DNA of 64,000 bases from Eledone cirrhosa (GCA_964016885.1 OZ024743.1:207514001-207578000); one strand, 5' to 3'; shown: positions 12,407-25,835, counted from the stretch's first letter. The notes: a model not told the origin generated them from the sequence alone. Translations and numbers: made by a program.

Positions 12407-13564
12407 GGGGTTAATTGGTGCTAACATTTTTTTTTTTTTTTGAACAATTATCTTCTCTCTTCAGGCAAACAGCAATAAAACTTCAGATAAAGAATTTCTC
12501 TGAACTTTATTGATTTAGTGGACTTTGAGTTCCTACTTCAATGTTGTCACATGGTCTCCATTTTACCAATTTAGAAATATCGTCTTAAAAATTCTGGAGT
12601 ATTATATTTTAGCAGTTTTCCAATTTAACTAAAAATTCTTTCTAGTTGTCAAAACTTAAGAAGTATCTAAAAATTCTGTAAATGAATATGGAGCTGAAGA
12701 ATGTTGTAAATTCAAACAAAGAAAGTAGTTATGAATGAATGATACTAATAGTTTAGTTTGAAATAGAACTAAGACTGTGCTAGTGTATACTGTATAAACA
12801 GAACCCTCAGTATGCTAGTGTAGATATGGAAGATATTAAGGATGAGGGGAAATAATTTTGCAAAATAATATTTGTGGGATTATACGATGAAAAAATAATG
12901 TGCAATTCAAGGCTTAGAAATAACAATTTCCTTTTAAATCAACATTTTTTGAAGATCTTCACACTCCTCCCAACCGAATTTATAGCAGGGCAGATGGGAT
13001 ATTAGCCCCAGGCCTCTCATCAGCTGGGGACCTTAACAGTGAGGGTAAGGCCTAGTAAGGCAGACGTGCCCCTGGGACTGTCAAAGGCATGCCTCCTGAT
13101 GGGCTATTTGGTTTTATCTTTTAGACACACCAGAACAATACTTTTAACAAAAAGTATCTAATCCAGTGGTCAATTCATCAAAATTTCTCTATTTAATGAC
13201 ATCAGATGGTTATTGTAGATGCATGTGTGTATGAATGTCTTTATAAATCTTCTTCTTTTTGCTCAATGAGGATGGGGTCATCCTAAGCCAGCGATCCCGA
13301 TGCATATATCTGGGTATGTATGTTTGTGCTCGTTTGTTTTTAAGTACATTTAAGCATAAAAAACGCACTTAAAAAAAGGTGGTCAGATTTTATCAAAGAC
13401 AGGAAGATATGTAGTCTTGATAACTGCTAATAAGTGAGAAACGATGGTACCGTCAGTTACTTCCCCGTTTTTGCTGAGGCTGAGTGTGTGACACTGGTCA
13501 CAGCCTTAAAAATTCATAGTAAAAGGCCTTCAAATGTTTTTCATAAACATCCCATATATTATTC

Positions 13565-13780
13565 AATATATAACATACTATTATATACACTCTATTTGTA
13601 TAACATAATACTATTATATATATGCTCTATTTATATTACATAAATACTATTATATACACTCTTTCTATATAACATAATACTATTATATACCCTCTATTTA
13701 TATAACATAATTCTATAGACTCTATTTATATAACATAATTCTATAGACTCTATTTATATAACATAATACTATACAATCTA
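13565..13780. repeat. AT-rich minisatellite, about 30-bp unit
   Basis: Repeated CTCTATTTATATAACATAATACTATTATATAC-like units. Confidence 0.7.
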
Positions 13781-15155
13781 TTTGTGTGGTTTAGTAATAA
13801 AGACACCCATATTTACTCCAGCAATATTACTAATGTTTAACTAATAAATATACCTCTACAAGGTTACTTGCTCTGCTAGAAATTGTTGCCATATTTCCAT
13901 TAAGCCACTATCCCTGCATGCATTGTCCGTAACTCATGATAGTCATAGGGGTGCTGTAGTAGTATATGGCATTTCTAGGACCAGGTCTGAACATAGCAGA
14001 TTTCTTCCAGAGTGAGAAAGCGATATAGAGGAAGAATCTACCCCAGTATGAGACTGGGTTTTTATTACTATTATTCAGGAACTGTGTGAGGTTGTTAAAA
14101 AAAAAAAGTACCAGACGATAGATACTCCTGGTTTGAATTCTTTTGATTATAGATCTGCTCAATCAGAGCCGACTGGGGATTAACTGTTTCCTGTCCATAT
14201 TTTAGACCTGCTCAATCAGAGCCGACTGGGTGTTAACTGTTTCCTGCTCATATTTCTAATGAAATACATTCTATTACAATTAATCAATGAAGAGTTTTAA
14301 AGTATTTACTAAACTTATTTCATTTCTAAGGTAGTAACTTAACATAGGGTTCTTACATATAATTAGGTGCTTTTGCCTCAAAGACTCTAAGTTGGTTTTG
14401 GCCTTGTTGGTATCAAGAGTTAAATAGCAGTTGAAAAACTAAGCTTCAAATGAAGTCTCTTGCAGTAATAGTTCTGCACTGCGTAGCACCTAGACCCTTA
14501 TCAATCTTAGTATTAAAAATGTAATGGTCCAGTTGTTGGATCATTGGAAACCTGTAACCAGTGGTGTTGTTGACCAATTGCAATATAAAATAAGAATAAA
14601 TAGTTACAACCTCTGTGTGTGTGTTAGGGATCTCAGTCTGTTCTAACGATGAGTGTTACAGTTATTTAACCAATGAAACAACCTATCTCTGTACATCTCC
14701 CACAAAATCTTTCTCTCTATTTCTGTTTAGTCAGCCTCGATGTAAAATGCTGGAAAGGAAAAAAAAAATCATTAAAAATGTTTATAAAACATATAAAAAC
14801 AACTGGAAGTTTTGTTTTCCTGCAAATTCTTGACTATCACATTTTGTTTTATTGCCTGGTCTTCAGTTTCCTTTGAACAAAGCCATTATTGTACCAAATT
14901 CTTTTTACATGAAACATAATGTCTGTCCAGCTGTACAAAATGTCTGGTTTTATAATTTAGAAAATTATATTTTCCATTATTTTAAACATAAAAAAATAAA
15001 TTAAAACTCAATTTTAATCAAGAAAATCATGCTTATTTATTTATTTATTTATTTATCTACTTCTGTTATTATAAAGGAGGGTGATGGATGGAATAGCAGG
15101 ACTGTTGCTATAAATCCTCCATATTTTGTCTGACAATAAATATATTGTCATTACT

Positions 15156-15191
<36 letters not shown>

Positions 15192-15204
15192 CCACTACTC
15201 CCTA

Positions 15205-15374
15205 CATCATCATCATCATCATTTTACGTCCGCTTTTCCTTGCTTGCAAGGGTGGGACGGGAACTGATTTTGGCTTGATTTCTACAGCTGGATGCCCTTC
15301 CTAACACCAACCTCATTTACAGTGAGTGCTGGGAGCTTTTTTTCCATGGCACCTACACGTCCACTTTACAGTGG
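15205..15374 (-). mobile_element. RTE 3' UTR/tail fragment
   Basis: (CAT)n then TTTTACGTCCGCTTTTCCTTGCTTGCAAGGG...GGATGCCCTTCCTAACACCAACC, the reverse complement of the RTE tail. Confidence 0.85.
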
Positions 15375-15402
15375 AATGATAGGGACCCCAGTCCCTATCA
15401 TC

Positions 15403-15541
15403 TCATTTCTACAGCTGAGTAAACTGGAGCAATGTGAAATAAAGTGTCTTGCTCAAGGAAACAACACATCACCCGGTCTGAGAATTGAACTCACAACCTT
15501 TCGATTGCAAGGCCAATGCTCTAACCACTAAGCCATGTGCC

Positions 15542-15542
<1 letters not shown>
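15403..15542 (-). mobile_element. tRNA-derived CORE-type SINE, 5' part
   Basis: Minus strand has A-box TGGCTTAGTGG, B-box GAGTTCAATTC, and CORE-like CCTTGAGCAAGACACTT. Confidence 0.8.
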
Positions 15543-15572
<30 letters not shown>

Positions 15573-16299
15573 GCACGCACGCACGCACGCGCGGGCGGGC
15601 AGGGGGTAGGAAATGTGAAATAGCAACATACATATGCAAAAATTGAGGAATGTAGCTGTGTACTTTTTGAATTCCATTATTGTCAGGGAATGATTGTTCA
15701 TCTACTGGAAATGTAGAACACCAGCAGGCCCGAATCGTGAAACATCTGCATGCATGTGCAAAATCTGAAAAAAATCAGCTGGATACTCTTTAAGCATACT
15801 AAATCTTAGAGTATGATTTTTCTTCCATTTGGAGAAAATCTGTTAGGTACTTTTCGAGTTTTATAGATTCACATGCAGTTATCCAGACAGACATCATCAG
15901 TTATGGCTATTGCACCTGCATGCATACTGTACAGAATAAAGCCTGCAATGCTTGAGTAAGACATGTCATGCAACCGCACAGCATGTTGGGCCTTCCCCAC
16001 AGGAGACCATAGCCTTATTGTAAATCTACCCGAACTGTTATATTGGATGCTGAACGCTTCAGAGTTACTATTGGGGTCACCATCAACAATTTCAAGTAGG
16101 GGTCACCGTGAAATTAGCACAACCGCTATTCGGTGTACTTGCGCAGGGCATTCATACTGCGGTGTAGGTGCAACAAAAGGGGTCTTAGTAGAAGTAGCAC
16201 AGACATGAGTTTTATGGTGTCAATAACACGGCAACGTACACAGGGTCCGGATTTGCATGTGATGAAAGCATGGAGCGTCAACAGGGCGGAGACAAAAAT

Positions 16300-16801
16300 G
16301 TTAAGGTCCTCTTTATTTCCTCAATCCCCCCAAAATGGTCCTGCTTAAAAGTAAGTGTTGTATCTGTTAAACAAACCAAATTTTTAACGAAATATTATAC
16401 GCTACTTAAGATGTTTAAGTAGCGTTTATATTGAAAATGAAAATGGCATGTAATGCCCAATGCTAATTCGTAAATTTCCTAGAAACCATTAATGGATTAG
16501 GAAATTCTTTTTTGTTCACAGCAATGCGAGGGGACTAACTAATGTGTGCTGCAAATTTCGAGGGAATCGACTGGATTATCTTTAAGTTACGCCTCAAAAA
16601 AGCCTAAAAATGCCTTTAAAATGTGGTTTTCGCTTAATGCGGGCCCTAGGGCAGAAAAAGTTAAAATCTTTTTAACCCATTGCACTTCAAGAAATATAAG
16701 TAACGCGTGTGTAAAGTTTGAAAAAAATCGGTCGGGTACTTCTCGAGTTTTAGGGATTTACAGACAGACAGACAGATAGATATCTGTTTTATATATATAG
16801 A
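16300..16801 (-). mobile_element. Helitron-like non-autonomous element, 5' portion
   Basis: Minus strand A|TCTATATATATAAAAC...(TCTG)n...ACCGATTTTTTTCAAACTTT; a related degenerate piece lies at about 15740-15895; no 3' CTAG found, so the left boundary is approximate. Confidence 0.6.
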
Positions 16802-16802
16802 T

Positions 16803-17045
16803 ATAGTCACTACTCCCTACATATATATTGTCACTACTCCCTACATATATATTGTCACCACTCCCTACATATATATAGTCACTACTCCCTACATATATAT
16901 TGTCACTACTCCCTACATATATATTGTCACCACTCCCTACATATATATAGTCACTACTCCCTACATATATATTGTCACCACTCCCTACATATATATAGTC
17001 ACTACTCCCTACATATATATTGTCACCACTCCCTACATGTATATA
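16803..17045. repeat. 24-bp minisatellite, about 10 copies
   Basis: Unit ATATATATTGTCACTACTCCCTAC and variants. Confidence 0.95.
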
Positions 17046-17196
17046 TATACAATGATGACGATTCCCCCATCCCCCAGTTGACAATATCTCTATTAACCAA
17101 AATTGATTATATCCCTGTTTCTAAAATGACTATAATTGACCCTAAAGTATTTGGATTTGTGTCTGTTAGAAATAAAGTATTACCTCTTGTAATAAT

Positions 17197-17402
17197 GATT
17201 TATACTATAGGCACAAAGCCAACAATTTGTGGAGGGAAAGTCGATTAAATCGACCCCAGTATGTTACTGGTGCTATATTTTATCAACCCCGTAAGGATGA
17301 AAGGCGAAGTTAACCTCGGCGGGATTTGAGCTCGGACCGTAAAGGGCCGTAACTCTATGCTGCAAAGCATGGTGTCCGACTCTACTGATACTGCCAATCC
17401 AC
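17197..17402 (-). mobile_element. tRNA-derived SINE (Meta/MESC-like central domain), longer variant
   Basis: Colinear with 22352-22535 but with an extra GGGGTCGATTTAATCGACTTTCCC segment; CTTGTAATAAT flanks both sides. Confidence 0.85.
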
Positions 17403-17439
17403 TTGTAATTACCACTTGTAATAATATAAAACATTATAC

Positions 17440-17801
17440 TATTGGGTACCAAATAATAGGGGGGGGGGATAAGTGGGTGGTGGTGGATAATCGGTAATTT
17501 TTCTAGGTTGTCTTCATTGAATTTTTTAAAAACCAGAATTAGTCGTTTAGTTTACATATTGAGACCCCAACCCATCCTGTTTATTTTATAACAAATGAGA
17601 TTTCTAGTAATGTACTTTATTGTCATGTATAAGGTTTCTTAATGTCTAAAGAAAATTAATTGTCGCAGGAATGTTACCACTTAAAATAAAATTTCACTGG
17701 AGATAGATTACCAAAATTTAATAAGTGAGGGGTGGAGTAAGAGGAGTGGGGTCCTGAAAATTAATAAGTGGGGGTGGGGGTCATTATTCGACACCCAAGA
17801 G
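17440..17801 (+). mobile_element. TA-type MITE copy
   Basis: Reverse-complement homology to 11694-12075; right end ATTATTCGACACCCAAGAG. Confidence 0.75.
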
Positions 17802-18124
17802 CTCATTTACTTTATTTCTAGCATAAACAAATCATCATGTAATATTTTTGCCTATAAAAACAGTCAGTTTTCAAAAGTTGTCTTTTTTGTTGGGTGGGGG
17901 AATAAACATGTTTGACATGAGAGACTACAAAACATCTTGGCTAAAGATACAGGTATAATTATTATTATATCTCTTCTGGCAAAGACAACCTTTTTGACAC
18001 CTTGCCAATTAATTCAACAGCCCCCCCCCCCCTCCTCCAGGTGATTATAAATATCAATAATCATAATAAAACAGAAATAGGAGTTACTAATAATAAACAT
18101 TTGGACTTTTATGTAAACTTTTAT

Positions 18125-18468
18125 TAATCCACTCTGAAAGGTGGTCATGCAGGTGACATGACAAAAAGCCCTGTCCACTTTATAAGGTGGTTGTTGGTGA
18201 CATGACTAAAAGCACCCAATCCACTCTGTAATGTGGTTGTGCTGGTGACATGACAAAAAGCACCCAGTCAACCTTGTTAAGTGGCTGTTTCGGTGTCACA
18301 ATAAAAAGCACCTAGTCCACATTAGCATGGTTGACATTAGGAAGGGCATTGAATTGTAGAAACCAAGCCAAAATACAAGACATGGTCACCTGATCTGACT
18401 TGTCTCATAATGTGACAACTCATCTAGCCTATGTACGAGTGGAAAATGGACATTAAATAATGATGATA
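18125..18468 (+). mobile_element. RTE-tail element with about 46-bp internal modules
   Basis: 4-5 copies of a CCAC..TGTAAAGTGGT..TG..GGTGACATGACAAAAAGCACCCA module, then TTAGGAAGGGCAT and the RTE terminus. Confidence 0.75.
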
Positions 18469-18908
18469 GGAGATAAAACAGAGAAGGAGGTTCAATTTGA
18501 TAGAGAACCGTCACTTATGGTGAGATTTGAGGCTTATAGAAATTTTAAACAAGAGTCTCGATTAAGCCTAGAAGATGGGATATATTCCAAATATTCTACT
18601 AATATCAACTAGTCTTAAATGTCTTCTCACATAACTCCTGAGAGAGTTATAGGATGCTTTATTAATATACGGCATTCCTAGGGCTAATGTTTTAAACCTG
18701 GCAGAGCCCATCTCCTCTCCAGGTCTGAATACAGCAGGTTTCTTCCAGAGAAGGATAGAGAGTGAGAGAATGGAAGTGAGGAAGAGATATAGAGGAAGAA
18801 TTGACCCCAGTACTAGACTTTCATCCATTCAATGGTTGATAAAAAAAAGTACCAAAGTGGACCATGACAGGATTTAAACTCGGAAAGCTGAGAGCCAAAA
18901 CGAATACC

Positions 18909-19745
18909 ATCTGACGTTTTAACAACTCTGCCATTCTATCTGACGTTCTAACAACTCTGCCATTCTATCTGACGTTCTAACAACTCTGCCATTCTATCTG
19001 ACGTTCTAACAACTCTGCCATTCTATCTGACGTTCTAACAACTCTGCCATTCTATCTGACGTTCTAACAACTCTGCCATTCTATCTGACGTTCTAACAAC
19101 TCTGCCATTCTATCTGACGTTCTAACAACTCTGCCATTCTATCTGACGTTCTAACAACTCTGCCATTCTATCTGACGTTCTAACAACTCTGCCATTCTAT
19201 CTGACGTTCTAACAACTCTGCCATTCTATCTGACGTTCTAACAACTCTGCCATTCTATCTGACGTTCTAACAACTCTGCCATTCTCTCTGACGTTCTAAC
19301 AACTCTGCCATTCTATCTGACGTTCTAACAACTCTGCCATTCTATCTGACGTTCTAACAACTCTACCAATTCTATCTGACGTTCTAACAACTCTACCAAT
19401 TCTATCAGACACTCTAACAAGTGTATCAATTCTATCAGACGTTCTAACAGCTATCAATTCTATCAGACGTTCTAACAGCTATCAATTCTATCAGACGTTC
19501 TAACAGCTATCAATTCTATCAGACGTTCTAACAGCTATCAATTCTATCAGACGTTCTAACAGCTCTACCATTCTATCAGACGTTCTAACAACTCGACCCA
19601 TTCTATCAGACGTTCTAACAACTCGACCCATTCTATCTGCCATTCTATCTGACGTTCTAACAACTGTACCATTCTACCAGGCACTCTAACAACTCTGCCA
19701 TTCTATCAGATGTTCTAACAACTCTACCATTCTATTAAACACTCT
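18909..19745. repeat. 29-bp minisatellite, about 29 copies, within a SINE head
   Basis: Unit ATCTGACGTTCTAACAACTCTGCCATTCT; homogeneous on the left, diverged on the right. Confidence 0.95.
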
Positions 19746-20029
19746 AATAATTCAACTAATTCACCACTAGTTGTAGTGTATGCCTAAAGCGTATGTTTTC
19801 ATTTATTATAAACCATTTCCACCCAAACCTATTTATCATATTGCTTTATGTTGCAGTGTAATAGTTACAGACTGGAGGTGACTTATGGCCGCCTATATTA
19901 GTAAAATGTTATTGTTTGTCTTCTTCTTGTTGTTTCTGCTGTTGCTGTCTATTATCATTTATATAGGCTAGTCTATTGTTTCATTGTCATAGTTTTCAAG
20001 AATATTTTGGTTTGTGGTGCAACATTGTT

Positions 20030-20030
20030 T

Positions 20031-20067
<37 letters not shown>

Positions 20068-20110
20068 CTCCACTACTATTACCTCCACTACTACTACTAC
20101 CTCCACTACC
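20030..20110. repeat. (TAC)n microsatellite
   Basis: Direct reading. Confidence 0.95.
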
Positions 20111-20507
20111 ATGATTAGCAATAGTGATAACAATGCTGTAATGCCAGTAGAATTGGTTTGGTTTGTATAGCTGTTTTGTTTGTGTTTGTAGTAGTAGTGG
20201 TAATCATCATCATAGTAGTAGTTTGTAACATTAAGAAAATACACCTTTTGTATAGAGATATGGTTTTGCTTTCATTGGTTCTGGTGATACAGAGGATGTA
20301 GTTTGTATATATATATGTATGTCAATACTCATCTTTTTCCATTTAGAGGGTTTTTAAACCCCACTATCAGACTAAATTTTCTTTAGTCAAAATACGGTAA
20401 TGGCTTCTATTTCTAACTCAATTTCAAACTTTGCTCACTGTCTTCAAAACAACACACTTGCTTTGATATATATATAGTATTTTTATAGACAGGATGTAGT
20501 TATATCT

Positions 20508-21080
20508 ATCATCATTATCATTTAACATCTATTTTCCACACTAGCATGGGTTAGATAGGTTTGTCCCATTAGAAGCAAGTTGAGTAAGGTGACAGTGTCT
20601 TGCTCATATAGGGCTGGATGCCTTTCCTAACACTAACCACATTTACCGTGTGTACTGGTTGCTTTTTGCCGTGTCTCTTCATGACCACTTTACAGTGTGA
20701 GCTGGATGCTTTTTGTTGTGACACTACAGGACCACTTTACAAAGGAAGTGGGGTGTATGGAAGGGAGGTATACTGGGTGTATGTTTGAGTCCATGCACAA
20801 TGGAAGGCGGGTCTTCTGTATTACTGCATAACACCAAAGATCTTGATCCTGTGTCTTTGAGAGGTGCAATTGTGCAAGATCAGCTTTTTTTACCTCATCC
20901 TAGGTCTTTCTGAGTCTTCTGACTCCGTAGCTTCTATCAATTTTGATCACCCTGCACCTTTTTATACAGCTGCCGTCCTTCATACACATCACATGACCAT
21001 TATCAACCAATCTCCTCTCTACTGCATCTGATCCGTCTTATGCCTAATTTCTCTCTTAGTTCAGTTACATTTTGCCGTTA
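20508..21080 (-). mobile_element. Degenerate RTE 3' end (coding remnant plus long 3' UTR)
   Basis: Reverse complement colinear with 3520-4178. Confidence 0.8.
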
Positions 21081-21513
21081 TAGTATTGTTATAAAAGCCT
21101 CAGAACAAATACCACAATGTCATTTTATCTGATACTCTACCAATTCTGTCTATTGACCATCTTTGTTTCAAATTTAGACAGAAGGCCAGTGGTTCCTTTT
21201 TCTTTTTTTTTTGAGTGGGGGAGGGTAAAGTCAAGTATATCGAAACCCCCACCCCCAACTGGTACTTTGATTTATCAACCCCCAGAAGGAAGAAAGGTAA
21301 AGTTGACCTAGGTAAGATTTAACTACAGCAATAATGAAATTTAATTCCAGCTAATTTTCACTAAATCTATCTCTTGTCAGTGTATGTAGGCTGCTACATC
21401 TGTGTTGTTCTAAATAATTCTATTTGTTATCACTAATGTAGTTATTTATACTAATGTATAATTTATCCTAGCAAAGTAAGAATTAATGTAATTTGAGGGT
21501 GAAGACCGTGATA

Positions 21514-22271
21514 CACCAACAGACTTCATGCTATACCAACAGACTTCATGCTATACCAACAGACTTCATACTATACCAACAGACTTCATGCTATACCAAC
21601 AGACTTCATGCTATACCAACAGACTTCATACTATACCAATAGACTTCATACTATACCAATAGACTTCATACTATACCAATAGACTTCATACTATACCAAC
21701 AGACTTCATACTATACCAATAGACTTCATACTATACTAATAGACTTCATACTATACCAATAGACTTCATACTATACCAATAGACTTCATACTATACCAAT
21801 AGACTTCATACTATACCAATAGACTTCATACTATACCAACAGACTTCATACTATGCCAATAGACTTCATACTATACTAATAGACTTCATACTATACCAAC
21901 AGACTTCATACTATACCAACAGACTTCATGCTATACCAATAGACTTCATACTATACCAATAAACTTCATACTATACTAATAGACTTCATACTATACTAAT
22001 AGACTTCATACTATACCAATAGACTTCATACTATACCAATAGACTTCATACTATACCAATAGACTTCATACTATACCAATAGACTTCATACTATACCAAT
22101 AGACTTCATACTATACCAATAGACTTCATACTATACCAATAGACTTCATACTATACCAATAGACTTCATACTATACCAATAGACTTCATACTATACCAAT
22201 AGACTTCATACTATACCAACAGACTTTGTGTGTTACACCAACAGACTTTGTGTGTTACACCAACAGACTTC
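21514..22271. repeat. 20-bp minisatellite, about 37 copies
   Basis: Unit ACCAA(T/C)AGACTTCATACTAT. Confidence 0.95.
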
Positions 22272-22351
22272 TATGTACTATACATACACCTTTGATGAAT
22301 TGTAGTGCAACTGAGCACTGTACATAATAATTTTCATTATTATTATATCAG

Positions 22352-22535
22352 GGCGGTGGATTGGCAGTATCGGTAGAGGGTCGGACGCCATGCTTTCCAG
22401 CATAGTTACGTCCCTTTATGATCTGAGTTCAAATCCCGCCGAGGTTGACTTTGCCTTTCATCCTTACGGGGTCGATAAAATAAAGTACCAGTAATGCACT
22501 GGGTAATTGCTGGCCTTGTGCCTAAAGTAGAAACA
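22352..22535 (+). mobile_element. Young tRNA-derived SINE (Meta/MESC-like domain), 16-bp TSD
   Basis: A-box TGGCAGTATCGG, B-box GAGTTCAAATC, GCCTTTCATCCTTACGGGGTCGATAAAA domain; TSD ATTATTATTATATCAG at 22336-22351 and 22536-22551. Confidence 0.92.
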
Positions 22536-23142
22536 ATTATTATTATATCAGTATGAATTAGTTGACCCACTACTAGAACATTTCGCTTGTAATAAAAGAT
22601 TGTGATGTATAGAGTTCTGTTGTATAAAATGTGCCATCTTGCTAATATGGTCTTTAAAATTGAAATGGTGATTTCTTTAAAATAAAGACAAGAAATCTCT
22701 TTTAGACAATCTGCCAATTAGTTTTCTTAAGTTATTCTGAACAGTGAAGTATATAAGATAAGATAAGATAAAGAAACAGAAAAGTATTTAAAATATGTAT
22801 GTTTGATTCATATACATGTGCAGTTGTATATACATTGAGATATACATAATATACAGATATATATATTGGCCTTTGTATTAACATTGTTCCACAAAATGTG
22901 TGCTACAAGATTCTGACTGCATCAAATTAAAAATTAAAGACTTTAGTCTAAAACTGCAAATTTTCACAATGATCAGTTTAGCAGTAAAGATACGATAAAC
23001 ATTTGAATCATCAAACCCTCTTTTTTTAAATATATTTTGAATATTCTTTTTAAGTAAAAAAAAAAAACATGTAATTTTATTAGTAAGACATTTTTGTAAA
23101 GTACAAAACAAAACTGACTGCATCACATTAAAAATTAAAGTC

Positions 23143-23512
23143 TCACTGACTCACTCTCACTCACTCACTCACACTCACTCATTCATAATCAGACTCACTC
23201 ACTCACACTCACTCATACTCAGACTCACTCAGACTCACTCACTCAGACTCACTCACTCACTCACTCAGACTCACTCACTCAGACTCACTCACTCAGACTC
23301 ACTCACTCAGACTCACTCACTCAGACTCACTCACTCAGACTCACTCACTCACTCACACAGACTCACTCACTCACTCACACAGACTCACTCACTCACTCAC
23401 TCACTCACTCACTCACTCACTCACTCACTCACTCACTCACACAGACTCACACACTCACTCACACAGACTCACACACTCACTCACACAGACTCACTCACTC
23501 ACACACATACAC
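23143..23512. repeat. (CTCA)n/(CAGACT) compound microsatellite
   Basis: Direct reading. Confidence 0.95.
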
Positions 23513-23864
23513 ACGTGGTGCCGGGGTGGTGTAATACCCAATTACAATAAACTGAAGGATAGAATGACTGGCTTTAAATAAAAAATCTGTAATGTACTAT
23601 ATCTGAGTCTTTGTGATATAAACAAAGAAATATCATCTGTCTGGTATATTCTGGCATATTCAACTATCATCATCATCATCGTCCATCTTATTTATTATGA
23701 AATTTTAATTTTTGCTCAAGTGGAAAGAGAAAAATATATCCAAAATGGAAGAACATTAAAACTTGTAGTAATTCTCATAAATTTTGAATTGAGTCAAAAA
23801 AGTACAACAAAAACAAAACAAAAACAGCAACCTAATATATCTTTTCTGTATGTCTATTTTTATG

Positions 23865-24234
23865 TAGCTTTGTGGTTAGAATGTTGAGTTCACAATTGTA
23901 AGGTTGTGAGTTTGAATCCTGGATCGGGCTTTGCATTGTGTTCTTCAGCAAGACACTTTATTTCATGTTCCTCCAGTATACTCAGCTGAAAATGAGTACC
24001 AGTAATAGCTGGAGGTTTAATTCTGTGATAGACTGGCGTCCTATCCAGGGGTAAGTCTTGTACTCTCACTCGCTTCACACCACAGAAACTCAAATAAGCA
24101 CTGGCCTGACAAGCCTCTTGGCTTGAGACAGACTTTAAGCCTGTGATGGACTGGTGTCCTGTCTCACTCACTTCATGCCACAGAAACCAGATTAAGTACC
24201 AATCTGACAAGCCTCCAAGCTTAAGACAGATTTA
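23865..24234 (+). mobile_element. CORE-type SINE with duplicated 3' module
   Basis: tRNA head, CORE-like CTTCAGCAAGACACTT, then two copies of CTGTGAT.GACTGG...CACAGAAAC...CTGACAAGCCTC..GCTT.AGACAGA. Confidence 0.8.
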
Positions 24235-24596
24235 CATAAATGCATCTTAATATAATTATTTTGAAAATGCACCTATTACACTCTGTAAAGAAATATTGAG
24301 ATTAGATCTAAAATTTATGCTTGACTGACTTTCTGACAAAGTACCACAACAATGATATTCTGTTCTAGATTTACTGATTTCATGTAAAATAATCTACAGA
24401 AACAACAAATGTGTTAAATTCCAAACTTCAAATTCCACATATTTTGGTGTCTCAGATCCAGATTAAATTTAATGACACACACACACACACACGCGCACGC
24501 GCACACGCACACGCACACGCACACGCACACGCAGCTAGTCAAAGAGAATCGGTACAGCTCTGGCCGTCACTTACTCAATTGATATATTAAAGTTTT

Positions 24597-25215
24597 ACTC
24601 GAGCAACACACACACACACACCACACTCGAGCAACACACACCACACCCGAGCAACACACACACACACACCACACTCGAGCAACACACACACACACCACAC
24701 TCGAGCAACACACACACCACACTCGAGCAACACACACACCACACTCGAGCAACACACACGCACCACACTCGAGCAACACACGCACCACACTCGAGCAACA
24801 CACGCACCACACTCGAGCAACACACGCACCACACTCGAGCAACACACGCACCACACTCGAGCAACACACGCACCACACTCGAGCAACACACGCACCACAC
24901 TCGAGCAACACACGCACCACACTCGAGCAGCACACGCACCACACTCGAGCAACGCACACACCACACCCGAGCAACGCACACACCACACCCGAGTAACGCA
25001 CACACCACACCCGAGCAACGCACACACCACACCCGAGCAACGCACACACCACACTCGAGCAACACATACACACCACACTCGAGCAACACACACACACCAC
25101 ACTCGAGCAACACACACACACCACACTCGAGCAACACACACACACCACACTCGAGCAACACACACACGCCACACTCGAGCAACACACACACGCCACACTC
25201 GAGCATCACACACAA
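24597..25215. repeat. 22-24-bp CA-rich minisatellite with XhoI core
   Basis: Unit CACACTCGAGCAACACACGCAC. Confidence 0.95.
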
Positions 25216-25835
25216 CACACACACACACTCACACAAACACACATATACCAAACAGTCGAGAGTATTCTTGATCTGTGTCATGCACATGATAAAATACATC
25301 CAGTACACTCTGTAAAGTTGTTGGTGATAGGAAGAGCATACAACGATAGAAAACTTGCCAAACAAAGGGTTGGGAGTTATGTCAAAGACATGACAACCTC
25401 CTTAGTACTTGTGTCATTGTGTCATGATAAAATGCACTTGGCGTACTCTGTAAATTATGGGAGTATATGTGAGAGCAAGATACAGCCAGTTTGAGAGATC
25501 AATAGCTCTGATTAAGTATTGACTTTGTCTGTAACAACCCATCCATCCCTTTCTAGCAGGGAAAACAGACTTTTAATTATGATGATGATCTGTAATTCTT
25601 ATATATGTGTTTAATTCTACTGTTTAATATTTATATGATATTTTATCATGTGACTATGAATTTATACTTAAAGTTCCTCTCTAAGGTGCAGTCAAAGACA
25701 AGGCTTTTTATGAAAGACCAGCAGTTGCCCATGCATGCAAATCTCTCTTGATACCACTGATATTATCCAATGGAAAGGCCTGATACAGCTTCAGGCCAAT
25801 GATTTTGAAGACAAACTCAGAACTCACAGAGGCTG

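Noticed and set aside
12440-12520. Possible exon after TTCTCTCTTCAG (similar acceptors at 34509, 57959 and 63511)
   Set aside because: Translations show no NKAIN similarity and no convincing donor site follows.
15860-16100. Stop-free minus-strand frame of about 78 codons
   Set aside because: No recognisable motif or splice sites; lies within a TE stack.
22352-22440. tRNA gene
   Set aside because: A and B boxes are present but there is no cloverleaf; the sequence continues into a SINE body with TSDs.
22913-23143. 30-bp direct repeat CTGACTGCATCA.ATTAAAAATTAAAG.CT as a TSD
   Set aside because: The intervening 170 bp has no element features; more likely an old local duplication.
24567-25365. 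Cys/Val-rich ORFs resembling metallothionein or keratin-associated proteins
   Set aside because: Reverse translation of a CA-rich minisatellite in all three frames.
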